Source: Nemertoderma westbladi (taxonomy: Eukaryota; Animalia; Xenacoelomorpha). From it: a DNA stretch of 48,837 nucleotides. A program made the position numbers and the translations under genes. Positions within the stretch are counted from its first letter, which is position 1. The number at the start of each line of letters is the position of its first letter. The stretch is from positions 1-48,837 of the forward strand of contig JAUCBJ010001285.1 of the NCBI GenBank assembly GCA_032718475.1, written 5' to 3'. The notes under the pieces are model-generated. The model searched no databases. It had not been told where the DNA came from and worked only from the letters and a program-made list of their open reading frames with translations. Shown in pieces: positions 36,559 to 47,560 of this stretch.

Positions 36559-37544
36559 TACTACTACTAGGATCGGCATGCTGCAGTGCAGCTGCATTTT
36601 TAAGAATGCTGTGCCGGCTTATCGACAAAATTGCACCGCCACAACTCCCTATCACCCATGACATTTGCTAGATCATCCGCATCTTCAAGGCCAGTGTCCT
36701 TTAAGATGCGTCTCAAGAAAGTCATGGGCTGTCCACCATGCTTATTCACTCCATGAGGCTGCCAAAGTACAAAATTATGCACTCGCTGGTCCTCACGGCG
36801 AAAGCAATGTCCTGCAAAGCGGAGGCGATTTTGTTCTAGTGTCAAGCTTGGGGGAACCAATGAGACACCTCCAATGTTATATAGTGTCTGTTTGGAGATG
36901 TGTGCATTGAACTTGACACAATGAACCCGGCGTAGCATTCTTGTGAATGTGCCATCCAGAGATTTGGTGTCCTCAGCAGTTAGAGCCCAGCAAGGACTCC
37001 CATAGAGGAGTACTGGAACTACTGCTGCTCTAAATAACCGGACCTTAAGTTTCCGATTAATTCTCGGTGACTTCCAAATCCTGGAAAGCCTATTCAAGGC
37101 TGCCCAGTGTGTCTCCCCCGTAACGCCCCATAACACTTCAAATGGTTCGTGTCACCGTCAACAGTAGACACAAATGTTGTCGAACCATCGTATACTGATC
37201 TGATTGCTGCAATAATTTCATCAGGAGTCCCATATAATGAAAGTATGCTGAACATACGTGTGCGAGAGACTGAATCAAAGGCCTTGAAGAAGTCAACAAA
37301 GATAACAGCCAGATGCCTGTCTTTTTTTTTGTTAACTAAAAAATATCACCAATGGGAATATCTGCGAGTACAGACTCAGACACTTTTACTTCTATAAAGT
37401 TATCAGGCAATACCCTGTCATTATTGAGGAGCTTTTCAAAGTGGGCCTTCCAACCATTGAGGCGATCGGCTGGTGATTCAGCCTTAACCTTGGTGGTTGG
37501 TTGGCTTTTTTGACCAGCAAGCAAGTTGATCGATCTCCATGCCT
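36559..37544 (-). mobile_element. RTE LINE copy with internal deletions
   Basis: Same family as 10703-11758 with a (TAG)n tail. Lacks ~416 bp (11246-11661, including FADD) at 37106/37107. A second deletion is likely near 37330. Confidence 0.92.
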
Positions 37545-37549
37545 GGGAT

Positions 37550-38085
37550 CCCCATGCTAAAATTGCTGCAGAACATCTACAAAATGCTGTTTCAGAATAA
37601 GCAAAACCTTTAGATTAAAACACTTCAAATTAATTTCCGAAAAAACAGATTTTTAACTTTTTTCTCCAATTCAAAATACAACTCAAAATAATACTCAAGA
37701 CAAAGGGAAGCCTATTGAACAATCGCAATCTGCGAAATATCTGGCTGTAACAATTGACAATAAATTAAAATGGTGCGACCATATAAATAGTTGCCTTCAA
37801 AAAATGGCTTGAGTATCTCCTGTCTACGAACTATAAAAGGCCAACTACCCCAAAAAACAAAAATATATCTCTATAAATCGCTTACATTACCTATACGTAA
37901 TTATTACTCACAAATTCTGGTCTCATTACATAACAAACACGGCTATGCCGACAAATTATATCAGTTAGAAAAAATGCAAAACTATGCCTTAAGGACAATT
38001 TTTGGCACCAAAATTAGAGATCTATCTGGCACTGAACTGCGCGAAAAATCCAAAATTACCATTACTTTCGGATGTGATTATTAGC
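37550..38085 (+). mobile_element. CR1/L2-group LINE RT C-terminal fragment (duplicated at +2031)
   Basis: AKYLAVTIDNKLKWCDHI; KIYLYKSLTLP; LEKMQNYALRTI. Confidence 0.75.
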
Positions 38086-38292
38086 CCTACAATTGCGCCA
38101 ATAGAAGATAAGTTATTTTCGGTAAAATAAACTTATCATTCGATGTTAAGACCCCTAGATCCCTTCCTATATATGTATAATAACAAACACTTCGAAAAAC
38201 ACAGCTTGCCAACATATTGTTATATACTAGCAATAATAAAAATCAGGGGCTAATAAAATGGCAGCTGGCTTTGAAATTAATATTCCAAATCT

Positions 38293-38443
38293 TAAGAACA
38301 TGTGGCCTAGAGGTTGTTGTCTCGGCTTCCACCCCGAGGTCCCAGGATCGAATCCGACATCACGCTGAAGAGGCCCAGTAAGTTCGAAACGCGTACGTTG
38401 TTTGGAGAGATATGAGATATTAATTTCAATAAAAATTACGCGA
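38293..38443 (+). mobile_element. Short tRNA-headed element carrying a hammerhead core (copy 1)
   Basis: A-box-like TGGCCTAGAGG, stem CTCGG/CCGAG around CTTCCA, B-box-like GGATCGAATCC, hammerhead core, then AATAAA. Confidence 0.6.
38357..38401 (+). ncRNA. Putative minimal type-I hammerhead ribozyme
   Basis: ACA(TC)ACG-CUGAAGA-GGCC(CAGUAA)GUUC-GAAA-CGCG-UA^CGUUGU. Core intact, stem I bulged, one stem II mismatch. Confidence 0.65.
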
Positions 38444-38446
38444 ATA

Positions 38447-38589
38447 ATTGAAATATCTAATACAACATTCAGAGTTCGCAACATTGTTCATTATATTTGG
38501 ATACATAAACAAAAATATGAATTTATTCACTACCTCTGTATGTTTTCCGTATATAGAAATTTAGAGCCGGATTACATATATTTTCATAC
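38447..38589 (+). pseudogene. Duplicated internal fragment of the GT32-like gene
   Basis: IEISNTTFRVRNIVHYIW...YIYFH identical to copy 1, without start codon or TM anchor. Confidence 0.7.
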
Positions 38590-39575
38590 TACTACTACTA
38601 GGATCGGCATGCTGCAGTGCAGCTGCATTTTTAAGAATGCTGTGCCGGCTTATCGACAAAATTGCACCGCCACAACTCCCTATCACCCATGACATTTGCT
38701 AGATCATCCGCATCTTCAAGGCCAGTGTCCTTTAAGATGCGTCTCAAGAAAGTCATGGGCTGTCCACCATGCTTATTCACTCCATGAGGCTGCCAAAGTA
38801 CAAAATTATGCACTCGCTGGTCCTCACGGCGAAAGCAATGTCCTGCAAAGCGGAGGCGATTTTGTTCTAGTGTCAAGCTTGGGGGAACCAATGAGACACC
38901 TCCAATGTTATATAGTGTCTGTTTGGAGATGTGTGCATTGAACTTGACACAATGAACCCGGCGTAGCATTCTTGTGAATGTGCCATCCAGAGATTTGGTG
39001 TCCTCAGCAGTTAGAGCCCAGCAAGGACTCCCATAGAGGAGTACTGGAACTACTGCTGCTCTAAATAACCGGACCTTAAGTTTCCGATTAATTCTCGGTG
39101 ACTTCCAAATCCTGGAAAGCCTATTCAAGGCTGCCCAGTGTGTCTCCCCCGTAACGCCCCATAACACTTCAAATGGTTCGTGTCACCGTCAACAGTAGAC
39201 ACAAATGTTGTCGAACCATCGTATACTGATCTGATTGCTGCAATAATTTCATCAGGAGTCCCATATAATGAAAGTATGCTGAACATACGTGTGCGAGAGA
39301 CTGAATCAAAGGCCTTGAAGAAGTCAACAAAGATAACAGCCAGATGCCTGTCTTTTTTTTTGTTAACTAAAAAATATCACCAATGGGAATATCTGCGAGT
39401 ACAGACTCAGACACTTTTACTTCTATAAAGTTATCAGGCAATACCCTGTCATTATTGAGGAGCTTTTCAAAGTGGGCCTTCCAACCATTGAGGCGATCGG
39501 CTGGTGATTCAGCCTTAACCTTGGTGGTTGGTTGGCTTTTTTGACCAGCAAGCAAGTTGATCGATCTCCATGCCT
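38590..39575 (-). mobile_element. RTE LINE copy (duplicate of 36559-37544)
   Basis: Same deletions and identical ORF translations at +2031. Confidence 0.92.
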
Positions 39576-40387
39576 GGGATCCCCATGCTAAAATTGCTGC
39601 AGAACATCTACAAAATGCTGTTTCAGAATAAGCAAAACCTTTAGATTAAAACACTTCAAATTAATTTCCGAAAAAACAGATTTTTAACTTTTTTCTCCAA
39701 TTCAAAATACAACTCAAAATAATACTCAAGACAAAGGGAAGCCTATTGAACAATCGCAATCTGCGAAATATCTGGCTGTAACAATTGACAATAAATTAAA
39801 ATGGTGCGACCATATAAATAGTTGCCTTCAAAAAATGGCTTGAGTATCTCCTGTCTACGAACTATAAAAGGCCAACTACCCCAAAAAACAAAAATATATC
39901 TCTATAAATCGCTTACATTACCTATACGTAATTATTACTCACAAATTCTGGTCTCATTACATAACAAACACGGCTATGCCGACAAATTATATCAGTTAGA
40001 AAAAATGCAAAACTATGCCTTAAGGACAATTTTTGGCACCAAAATTAGAGATCTATCTGGCACTGAACTGCGCGAAAAATCCAAAATTACCATTACTTTC
40101 GGATGTGATTATTAGCCCTACAATTGCGCCAATAGAAGATAAGTTATTTTCGGTAAAATAAACTTATCATTCGATGTTAAGACCCCTAGATCCCTTCCTA
40201 TATATGTATAATAACAAACACTTCGAAAAACACAGCTTGCCAACATATTGTTATATACTAGCAATAATAAAAATCAGGGGCTAATAAAATGGCAGCTGGC
40301 TTTGAAATTAATATTCCAAATCTTAAGAACATGTGGCCTAGAGGTTGTTGTCTCGGCTTCCACCCCGAGGTCCCAGGATCGAATCCG

Positions 40388-40432
40388 ACATCACGCTGAA
40401 GAGGCCCAGTAAGTTCGAAACGCGTACGTTGT
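40388..40432 (+). ncRNA. Putative minimal type-I hammerhead ribozyme, copy 2 (tRNA-like head from ~40324)
   Basis: Identical to 38357-38401. Confidence 0.65.
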
Positions 40433-40949
40433 TTGGAGAGATATGAGATATTAATTTCAATAAAAATTACGCGATTACTAAATTTGTACACAACCCGGTT
40501 AAAAAGTACGCATGTGATGGGATTAGTCCTACAATTGCGCCAATAAAAGATAAGTTATTTTCTGTAAAATAAACTTATCATTCGAGGTTAAGACCCCTAG
40601 ATCCCTTCCTATAAATGTATAATAACAAATACCTCGAAAAACACAGCTTGCCAACATCTTGTTACTATCAAAGATTAAGTAACAAGTAGTCAGAAGATTT
40701 TGCACTGTGTTGTATATAAATTGTGCTAGAGGTTGCGTTCGTGTGTGTATGCGGGGGTGTTTAATTTGAGTAATAAGTTTATTAATTATTTCAATTGGGT
40801 AGTCATTATTGGCCAGCCTCTTCTATCTAACTCCTAGGTAGGAGTGCCATTAAACGAGCTATTAACAACAGTACCACGGCTCCAGGGGAAAACAGGGGTC
40901 TGGAGAAAGTTAGACAGAGGCTGGCCAATAATGAATACCGAGATTGTCG

Positions 40950-41300
40950 TTTTTCGGGGTGAGCACTATTATAGTTGAGAATGATACATACGTTGGCAGG
41001 TTTCACATATGGGCCTATAGTTCGAAAACCTAACGTATTAATGGTGGTTAAAAAATCTAAAAAAGGTATAGGCCTACTATGGAAACTTTTTTCCATTGTA
41101 TACTTGATGGTCGGATGACAGGTATTTAAAGAAACAAGGAATTTATCTAGTTCCTCTTCGCCGTGGGGCCAAGTGGACCAGCCATCGTCATAGAACCTAA
41201 ACCACACATCCGGTGAGAAGTGGTAATTAGCCAAAAATTCACTCTCTTTCACATTGTAGTGGTACGTTTTGAAGTTTTGAATTCAACCCATTTTAAAAGT
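40950..41300 (-). mobile_element. Penelope-like element RT fragment
   Basis: WFRFYDDGWSTW...LDKFLVSLNTCHPTIKYTME...IPFLD...YVKP...LNYNSAHP. Confidence 0.85.
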
Positions 41301-41364
41301 TGTATGGGTCGCTAATTCGAATGAGATTACTCTAAAAACCAGAACACCTAGTTATTATAACTTT

Positions 41365-41468
41365 TGTTGGGCACAGCTTTGCAAAATCAGCAATGACGTC
41401 TAGGTGGGATCGAACTGGTGACCTCCGGGTTGGAAGACTGACCCTCTGATCATTCATATAGCGGCTTA
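41365..41468 (-). mobile_element. Degenerate tRNA-derived SINE head
   Basis: Minus strand ...GTCTTCCAACCCGGAGGTCACCAGTTCGATCCC, parallel to the family 2 head. Confidence 0.5.
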
Positions 41469-41630
41469 GGTAAAAGGTAGACCTGGAAATGATACCATGA
41501 ATGTCCGCAATTTGCCTCCTCATGGCCCCCTATCAGTCAATACCATAATCTACTACCACTGTGCTCAACCCTATTGTACTTGGCCTATTGTACCGCCTTT
41601 AACAACTCGCTACAATGAAAGGGTAGTGTA

Positions 41631-42729
41631 CTGGGTGTTCCATAATGATTGCCCCCCCCCCCCCCCCCCCCCCTGCCAGCCAAAACTGTCAGACATGCAC
41701 CTTAGTGTAATATACCATTCGAAAGAGAATTTAATTCTGAGCTTGCATGCAAAAATTTAGGGTCCAATACAAAATTATAAAAATTTGATAGGCAATTCTT
41801 TAAACCTATCTTACTTTTCAATATTTGTGATTTAAGCAGCAGCTTGGTCTAGTGGTGACATTCCTGGGCTTCCAATCAGGAGGCACTGGTTCGATCCCTA
41901 GATGGTGCAGCGCTGTTTGGTCCCAGTGATTTAAATGCTGCAGCCTAGCCCAACCCTGGCTTTCATCCTTAACTGGCCGATAAATGGGAACCAAGCCAAC
42001 TTGGGAAACAGTGTGGAAGGGTTTACTGTGGAAGATCACCCATATTCTTTGGCTTAACGAGCCTAAAAGATTCTCCCATTCAATATTTGTGATTTAATCA
42101 CAAATTAAAACATATATAATTTATCCAGCGTTAGGCATCAGCTTTGCAGGATGCAGCCCTGTTTAAACAGATATTACTGCCTGACTTTTGCTGTATTGCA
42201 ATATATTACAGTATTCAGTTACCGGTATTAGTGTTTCTTTGATAAGTTTACTGAATTAGGCCTAACAGAAGTAATTAAAATGACAAGTACCAGTGCAATC
42301 TTCGATGACTCTGAAGAAAAACGTAAGGTTGACAGGATCAGAGATGTTACTTTTAGAAATGGTCTGAAAGTGATTCTGTGGCATAATCAAACTGAACTCT
42401 AACCAAAACGGCCCTTTTAAGGGCCAACATCCTTTGCCACTATCGAGGAGCTCCCCGTGCTGCAAAGGGGAAACATGGATGTAAAGCTGATGACTAACGC
42501 TGGATAATTTATATTTTTTAAATTGTGATTAAATCACAAATATTGAAAAGTAAGATAGGTTTAAAGAATTGCCTATAAAAATGTTATACTTTCGTATTGG
42601 ACCCTAAACTTTTGCATGCAAGCTCAGAATTAAATTATCTTTCGAATGGTATATTACACTAAGGTGCATCTCTGACAGTTTTGGCTGGCCAGGAGGAGGG
42701 CAATCATTGAATCATTATGGAACACCCGG
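41631..42729. mobile_element. Tc1/mariner-type MITE with long TIRs and TA TSD
   Basis: TA|CTGGGTGTTCCATAATGATT ... AATCATTATGGAACACCCGG|TA. Arms are inverted over ~250 bp once the SINE is removed. Confidence 0.88.
41836..42082 (+). mobile_element. Full-length tRNA-derived SINE (family 2) with TSD
   Basis: A and B boxes and core. TTCAATATTTGTGATTTAA at 41817-41835 and 42079-42097, partly overlapping the SINE 3' end. Confidence 0.9.
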
Positions 42730-42894
42730 TATATTAACCATGAGTATGAACCATCACGGCAACAATGATTAATTATACACCCTAATTACACCAACAATAA
42801 AATATGAGAACACCTACAGTAGTGGTACCTAATTTTTGTGCAACAAAATTTTGGCGTGGCACACTTAAAAGTTCGAAAATTATGAGATTTAGAA

Positions 42895-43646
42895 GGATAG
42901 TAGTCATATCTTAAGTCATACTGTATCGAAACCTATCTGAAACCAATCTGAACCCAATCTGGACCCAATCTGATTCGAAAATAGAAATAAGAGGGGTGAA
43001 AATTATTAATTTTTGCATTAACTTAACAATTTAGAAATTTGAAGAAATTTTTCATAACTTTTTTCATATTTAAATTTAGTATTGTACCGCCTGCAGTTGC
43101 AGTACTACTGCTGACAGAATACATCTGTACATAGGCAACCTACATTACAATTCTTACTGCTGTGTATCAATGTATGTATGCAGTCGTTAGCGTTATAGCT
43201 CATAGCAGCATAGCTACCTGGTACCGGTAGGCGGTAGCCTAACTCAGTAACTGACAACTACAGAACTACGGATGTACGGTGTTCTCCTTTCAGTTTCGCT
43301 ACCGCGCCGCCTACCGGTAGCCAGGTAGCTACAGTATAACGACTGAATACACACAGTAACTGTAGTAGGCCTTGAGGTGTAAGAACTGTAATGTAGATAG
43401 ATAGCCTATGTGTACAGAGGTATGCTGTCAGTCCACAACACAGCAGTAGTGCTGCGGCTGCCTCCAAATTTAAATATGAAAAAATAATTGTAAAATTTCT
43501 TAAAATTTCAAAATTGTAAATGCAAAATTAATAATTTTCGCCCCTCAATCTATTTTTGATTCAGATTGGGTTCAGATTTGGTATAATTCTCGAGATTGGG
43601 TCCAGATTGGGTTCAGATAGGTTCAGATATGACTTAAGTACTATCC
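42895..43646. mobile_element. Mutator-like MITE with 9-bp TSD
   Basis: GATTTAGAA at 42886-42894 and 43647-43655. GGATAGTA...TACTATCC termini, ~180-bp inverted arms with ACCCAATCTG subrepeats. Confidence 0.85.
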
Positions 43647-44700
43647 GATTTAGAAAAACACCAAAGATTTTATTTGTAATATGTTTTTTATATGTTTTTT
43701 ATTCTTTCAATGTATTTTTATATGTTTTCTGGTCAGCCGTATCGATTGAAAGTAATATAGATACAGTAGATACCTGAAGATCTAGTGGTTTGTAATAAAA
43801 ACTTTTTACTTAAACTTATTTTCTTAATTTTCGAAATTTGATGTGCCACCTATGAAGTCCATGATTTTCTTTGCCACTACTGTATGTAGGCCCTACTATG
43901 ACCAAAGTAGCCCACAATGTCATGGTTGAGCGCACTTGCAGCCAGTCACCAATGAGTAATTTACATAAGAAAGTTTGTGCCCAGGTCACTGGGGGGGGGG
44001 GGGGGGGGGGGGGTCTTTGTCTTTTACAGGTGATGAAAGTTGTAATATTGCCAAATATTTCAATATATTTTATCTCATATATATATATATATATATTTAT
44101 TTATTTATTTCAATATATTTGTATAATACAGTATAATAACAATTATATACTGTATATATACTAACAGGTCTTCATCTTGGCGGTACAGATTCTATCTACT
44201 GACTAAGAAAAACTAAAATAGTAAGCACTACAAAAAAAGGGAGTTACCGGTAGTGATCAACTCTAACTCAGACTGTGTAAAAAATGAGGCCTACAATGCT
44301 AATAATCAATATCCAAACAACTTCAATTACCGTATTCCAGAATGCATTATTTCCATTTATATAATGCGTACTGCTTTATTATCCAGTTTGCAGTGACGGG
44401 ACTAGCTACTGTATGTAAATAATTGTTTAAAGTGTACTGTAATCCATTATCTTGAAACGTCCAATAGAAGACACTAAACTGACCAAATGTGATTTATCAC
44501 CTCCAACTAGGAGATAACTTCCAATAAACTACAGTATAATTAGATTTAAATGTATAATTAATGTAGTGTACCTGTTAATAAATTTCACTTAAATTCCATA
44601 GTACATGATTAAAATGTATAAATAAATGAGTATCCATAAAATCCTTTCTTCACATACCGAACGCTGATAAGTTGATACAGTATAATGTAACAAAATTACA

Positions 44701-44841
44701 TACATCATTGCTTGCAAAGGTCACTTTTCAGCGTTAAAGACCCTTGTATATTTATGTAAACCTCCCTCGCTGTGCTCGCTCGGTACATAAATAAACTCGG
44801 GTCATAACGCTGCAAAGTGCTACTTTGCACACAATGATGTA
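44701..44841. mobile_element. ~140-bp palindromic MITE-like element
   Basis: TACATCATTG..TGCAAAG..CAGCGTTA.GACCC is inverted about a central CTCGCTGTGCTCGCTCGG. Confidence 0.65.
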
Positions 44842-45111
44842 ATTAATTATTAAGATATTATGTCCGAAAGGTGCAAATGCGAATATAATTATTTAGAGAC
44901 CAACAAGTACAGTATACAATCAAAACAATAATACACCAATAATAATAAATAAATGAACAAATAAAAACAAATAAAAAAATTTGTTTAAACAAATAAATAC
45001 ACCAAACTTATCTAAATAGTCAATAGCATTGGTTACATTTTAATTCGTGAACCTGTGGATGGTTTAATTTTGAATCCGTCTAGAATCCCCCCCCCCCCTC
45101 CCGCCGCAAGC

Positions 45112-46190
45112 AGGACAATTCGGTCCCGGACAATTCGGTTCGGACAATTCGGTCCCGGACAATTCGGTCCCGGACAATTCGGTCCCATTAATGTTGTGTT
45201 TTGGGACCGAATTGTCCGGGACCGAATTGTCCGGATACTGATTAGGACAATTCGGTCCCAAAACATGCATATTAATGGGACCGAATTGTCCGGGACCAAA
45301 TTGTCCGGGACCGAATTGTCCGGGACCGAATTGTCCGGGACCGAATTGTCCGGGACCGAATTGTCCAAGACCGAATTGTCCGGGATCAAATTTAATTGGT
45401 ACTATATAATGGTGAATGTTCTAGAACCTTAATATATTTTATTATATGTTAGCTAGTGTTTTTTTTACTAGCTAGTATTTTTTTAAAAATAAAAAAAATT
45501 TACTTTTTTTTGTTAACATTATTATTTATGGTAGCTATGGTGTTTTTATGGAGCTTGTGAATTATTTACTAGCTAGTAATAGTATGTATTTAAAATGTTT
45601 AAAACTGATTTTTTTTTATATACTGCGTAAGTATACTGTATGTGTTGTTGGTTGGTTAACAAGCCTAAATTATTATCCTAGATAATAGCTGGATCTCATT
45701 CAGAGACTGTTATAATATCATCAATATTGTTGGTAATTAATATAATCAGCAACAGTTTAGGCCTAATTCTGAAATATCAATGTTTTCACAAGTGTTTTTA
45801 TAATTTCAAGGAAATGCTAGCTAGTAAAAAAAACACTAGCTACACCTTAATAAATAATATATAATAATGTTCTCGAACACTACCAATAACAAAAATAAAA
45901 TAAAAAACAGTATTTTTAAAATTTCAAAAAATTCTAGCAAGTAAATAACACTAGCTACCATAACAAATATCTCTACTAATGTTCTAGAACATTCACCAAT
46001 ATCAAAAAAGCACTAAAAAGTTGCTATCAGGAACCGGACAATTCGGTCCCGGACAATTCGGTCCCGGACAATTCGGTCCTCGGACAATTCGGTCCTAGGA
46101 CAATTCGGTCCCGGACAATTCGGTCCCGGACAATTCGGTCCCATTTATTTAGTGTTTAGGGACCGAATTGTCCGGGACCGAATTGTCCTA
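45112..46190. mobile_element. Foldback-like element built of inverted 15-bp GGACAATTCGGTCCC arrays
   Basis: Arrays alternate in orientation at 45112-45385 and 46036-46188. Inner inverted repeat GGTGAATGTTCTAGAAC / GTTCTAGAACATTCACC. Confidence 0.8.
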
Positions 46191-46751
46191 CATCCCCCCC
46201 GCCCTATCTGATTATATATTTCTGATTACTAAGTTAATTAACATTGGTGAACAATAATAGATATTTTAGTCATTTTTCTATACATGTTTGATATTCCTTT
46301 CAACATTAGACAGAATCGTTAAACATAAGAACAGATAGTAATAATACTCTTCTTCATTATGGTAAGGGAGCCAACCAATATCCTTGAGATACATTCTGCA
46401 AATAGTATATAACAAGTATTAAATCAGCAACAAAATATTAAGTTTATTGCTATTACGTTATATATATAGTTTATTATTCTTAAAATTGTTTATACTGATT
46501 GAGGAATGCTCCTGAACTGTTGTGAATCTTAAAATAGTGTAGGCACTAACCTATGTTCCTGTACAATAGTAATAGTGTATAGCTAGCTTATCATACAGTA
46601 ACCTATGAATGAGGTGCAGTTTCTTTTAAAACAACTATCTGTTTCATATATCCTATGTTCATCCTTGGATCGCAAATTATCTGTCCGAGAATTTATGTCT
46701 ACGGAAGCCCACAGTGGCCACTAAACTTCACACATAAGAACTGCTCTCAAT

Positions 46752-47183
46752 ATGTGTGAGAGGTTGTCTTTATGTGTGAAAGGTTGTATTTGTGTTTGAG
46801 AAGTTGTCTATGTGTGAGCGGTTGTCTAGGTGTGCGAGCGGTTGACCATTATGTGTGAGAGGTTGTCTATGTGTGTGAGAGGTTGTCTTTGTGTGTGAGA
46901 GGTTGTTTTTGTGTGTGAGAGGTTGTCTTTGTGTGTGAGAGTTTGTCTTTGTGTGAGAGGTTGTCCTTTGTGTGTGAGAGGTTGTCTTTGTGTGTGAGAG
47001 GTTGTCTTTGTGTGTGAGAGGTTGTCTTTGTGTGTGAGAGGTTGTCTTTGTGTGAGAGGTTGTCTTTGTGTGTGAGAGGTTGTCTTTGTGTGTGAGAGGT
47101 TGTCTTTGTGTGTGAGAGGTTGTCTTTGTGTGTGAGAGGTTGTCTTTGTGTGTGAGAGGTAGTCTTTGTGTGTGAGAGGTTGT
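46752..47183. repeat. 20-bp minisatellite (~21 copies)
   Basis: Unit GTGTGTGAGAGGTTGTCTTT with 18-bp variants, more diverged at the left end. Confidence 0.96.
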
Positions 47184-47199
47184 CAGCTCCACAACTCCA

Positions 47200-47560
47200 T
47201 GGTAACACAAAATAGGCGCAAAATTTGAATTATGGGGCGAGACCGTAGTTGGCGAGCCTTGGCATACGGTTCATATAGGGCAAATGGGGCATGTCCGTCT
47301 GTCTGTCTGTCCGTCTGTCTGGTAAATCTTTGAACGCGAATTTCTCGGCATCGCTGATTCGAAATTGAACCAAACTTAGTAGGTAAGTAGTAGAGGGAAA
47401 GTTTAGAAAATTTGTAAAGTTTGGTGAAAAATCATGCAGTCTGACGTCAGCTACGGCAGATTATGTGGTTTTTAGAAAATGTTAAATTTCTCGGGAACGC
47501 CTCATTTTCCAGAGCTGAAATTTTGGTTACTGGTAGAGAATCATAAAGTCTATCTTCTAC
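47200..47560 (+). mobile_element. Possible Helentron/DINE-1-like non-autonomous element
   Basis: (GTCC/GTCT)n microsatellite at 47293-47320 followed by TTTCTC...CCAAACTT motifs. Boundaries unclear. Confidence 0.35.

Larger units (their letters stand above)
36412..40476. repeat. Tandem duplication, 2 x 2031 bp
   Basis: Six ORF-track entries recur with identical translations at +2031 (e.g. 36600/38631, 37791/39822). Junction near 38443-38447. Confidence 0.97.

Noticed and set aside
41836-41905. Genuine tRNA genes (also at 4790-4860, 31970-32042, 38293-38356, 41400-41468)
   Set aside because: A and B boxes are present, but acceptor stems do not pair and they run into SINE bodies.
45033-45432. 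Repetitive proteins (PDNSV, GTELS, QFGPG)
   Set aside because: Translations of the 15-bp DNA repeat in several frames.
46770-47210. His/Thr-rich ORFs
   Set aside because: Stop-free translation of a 20-bp minisatellite.
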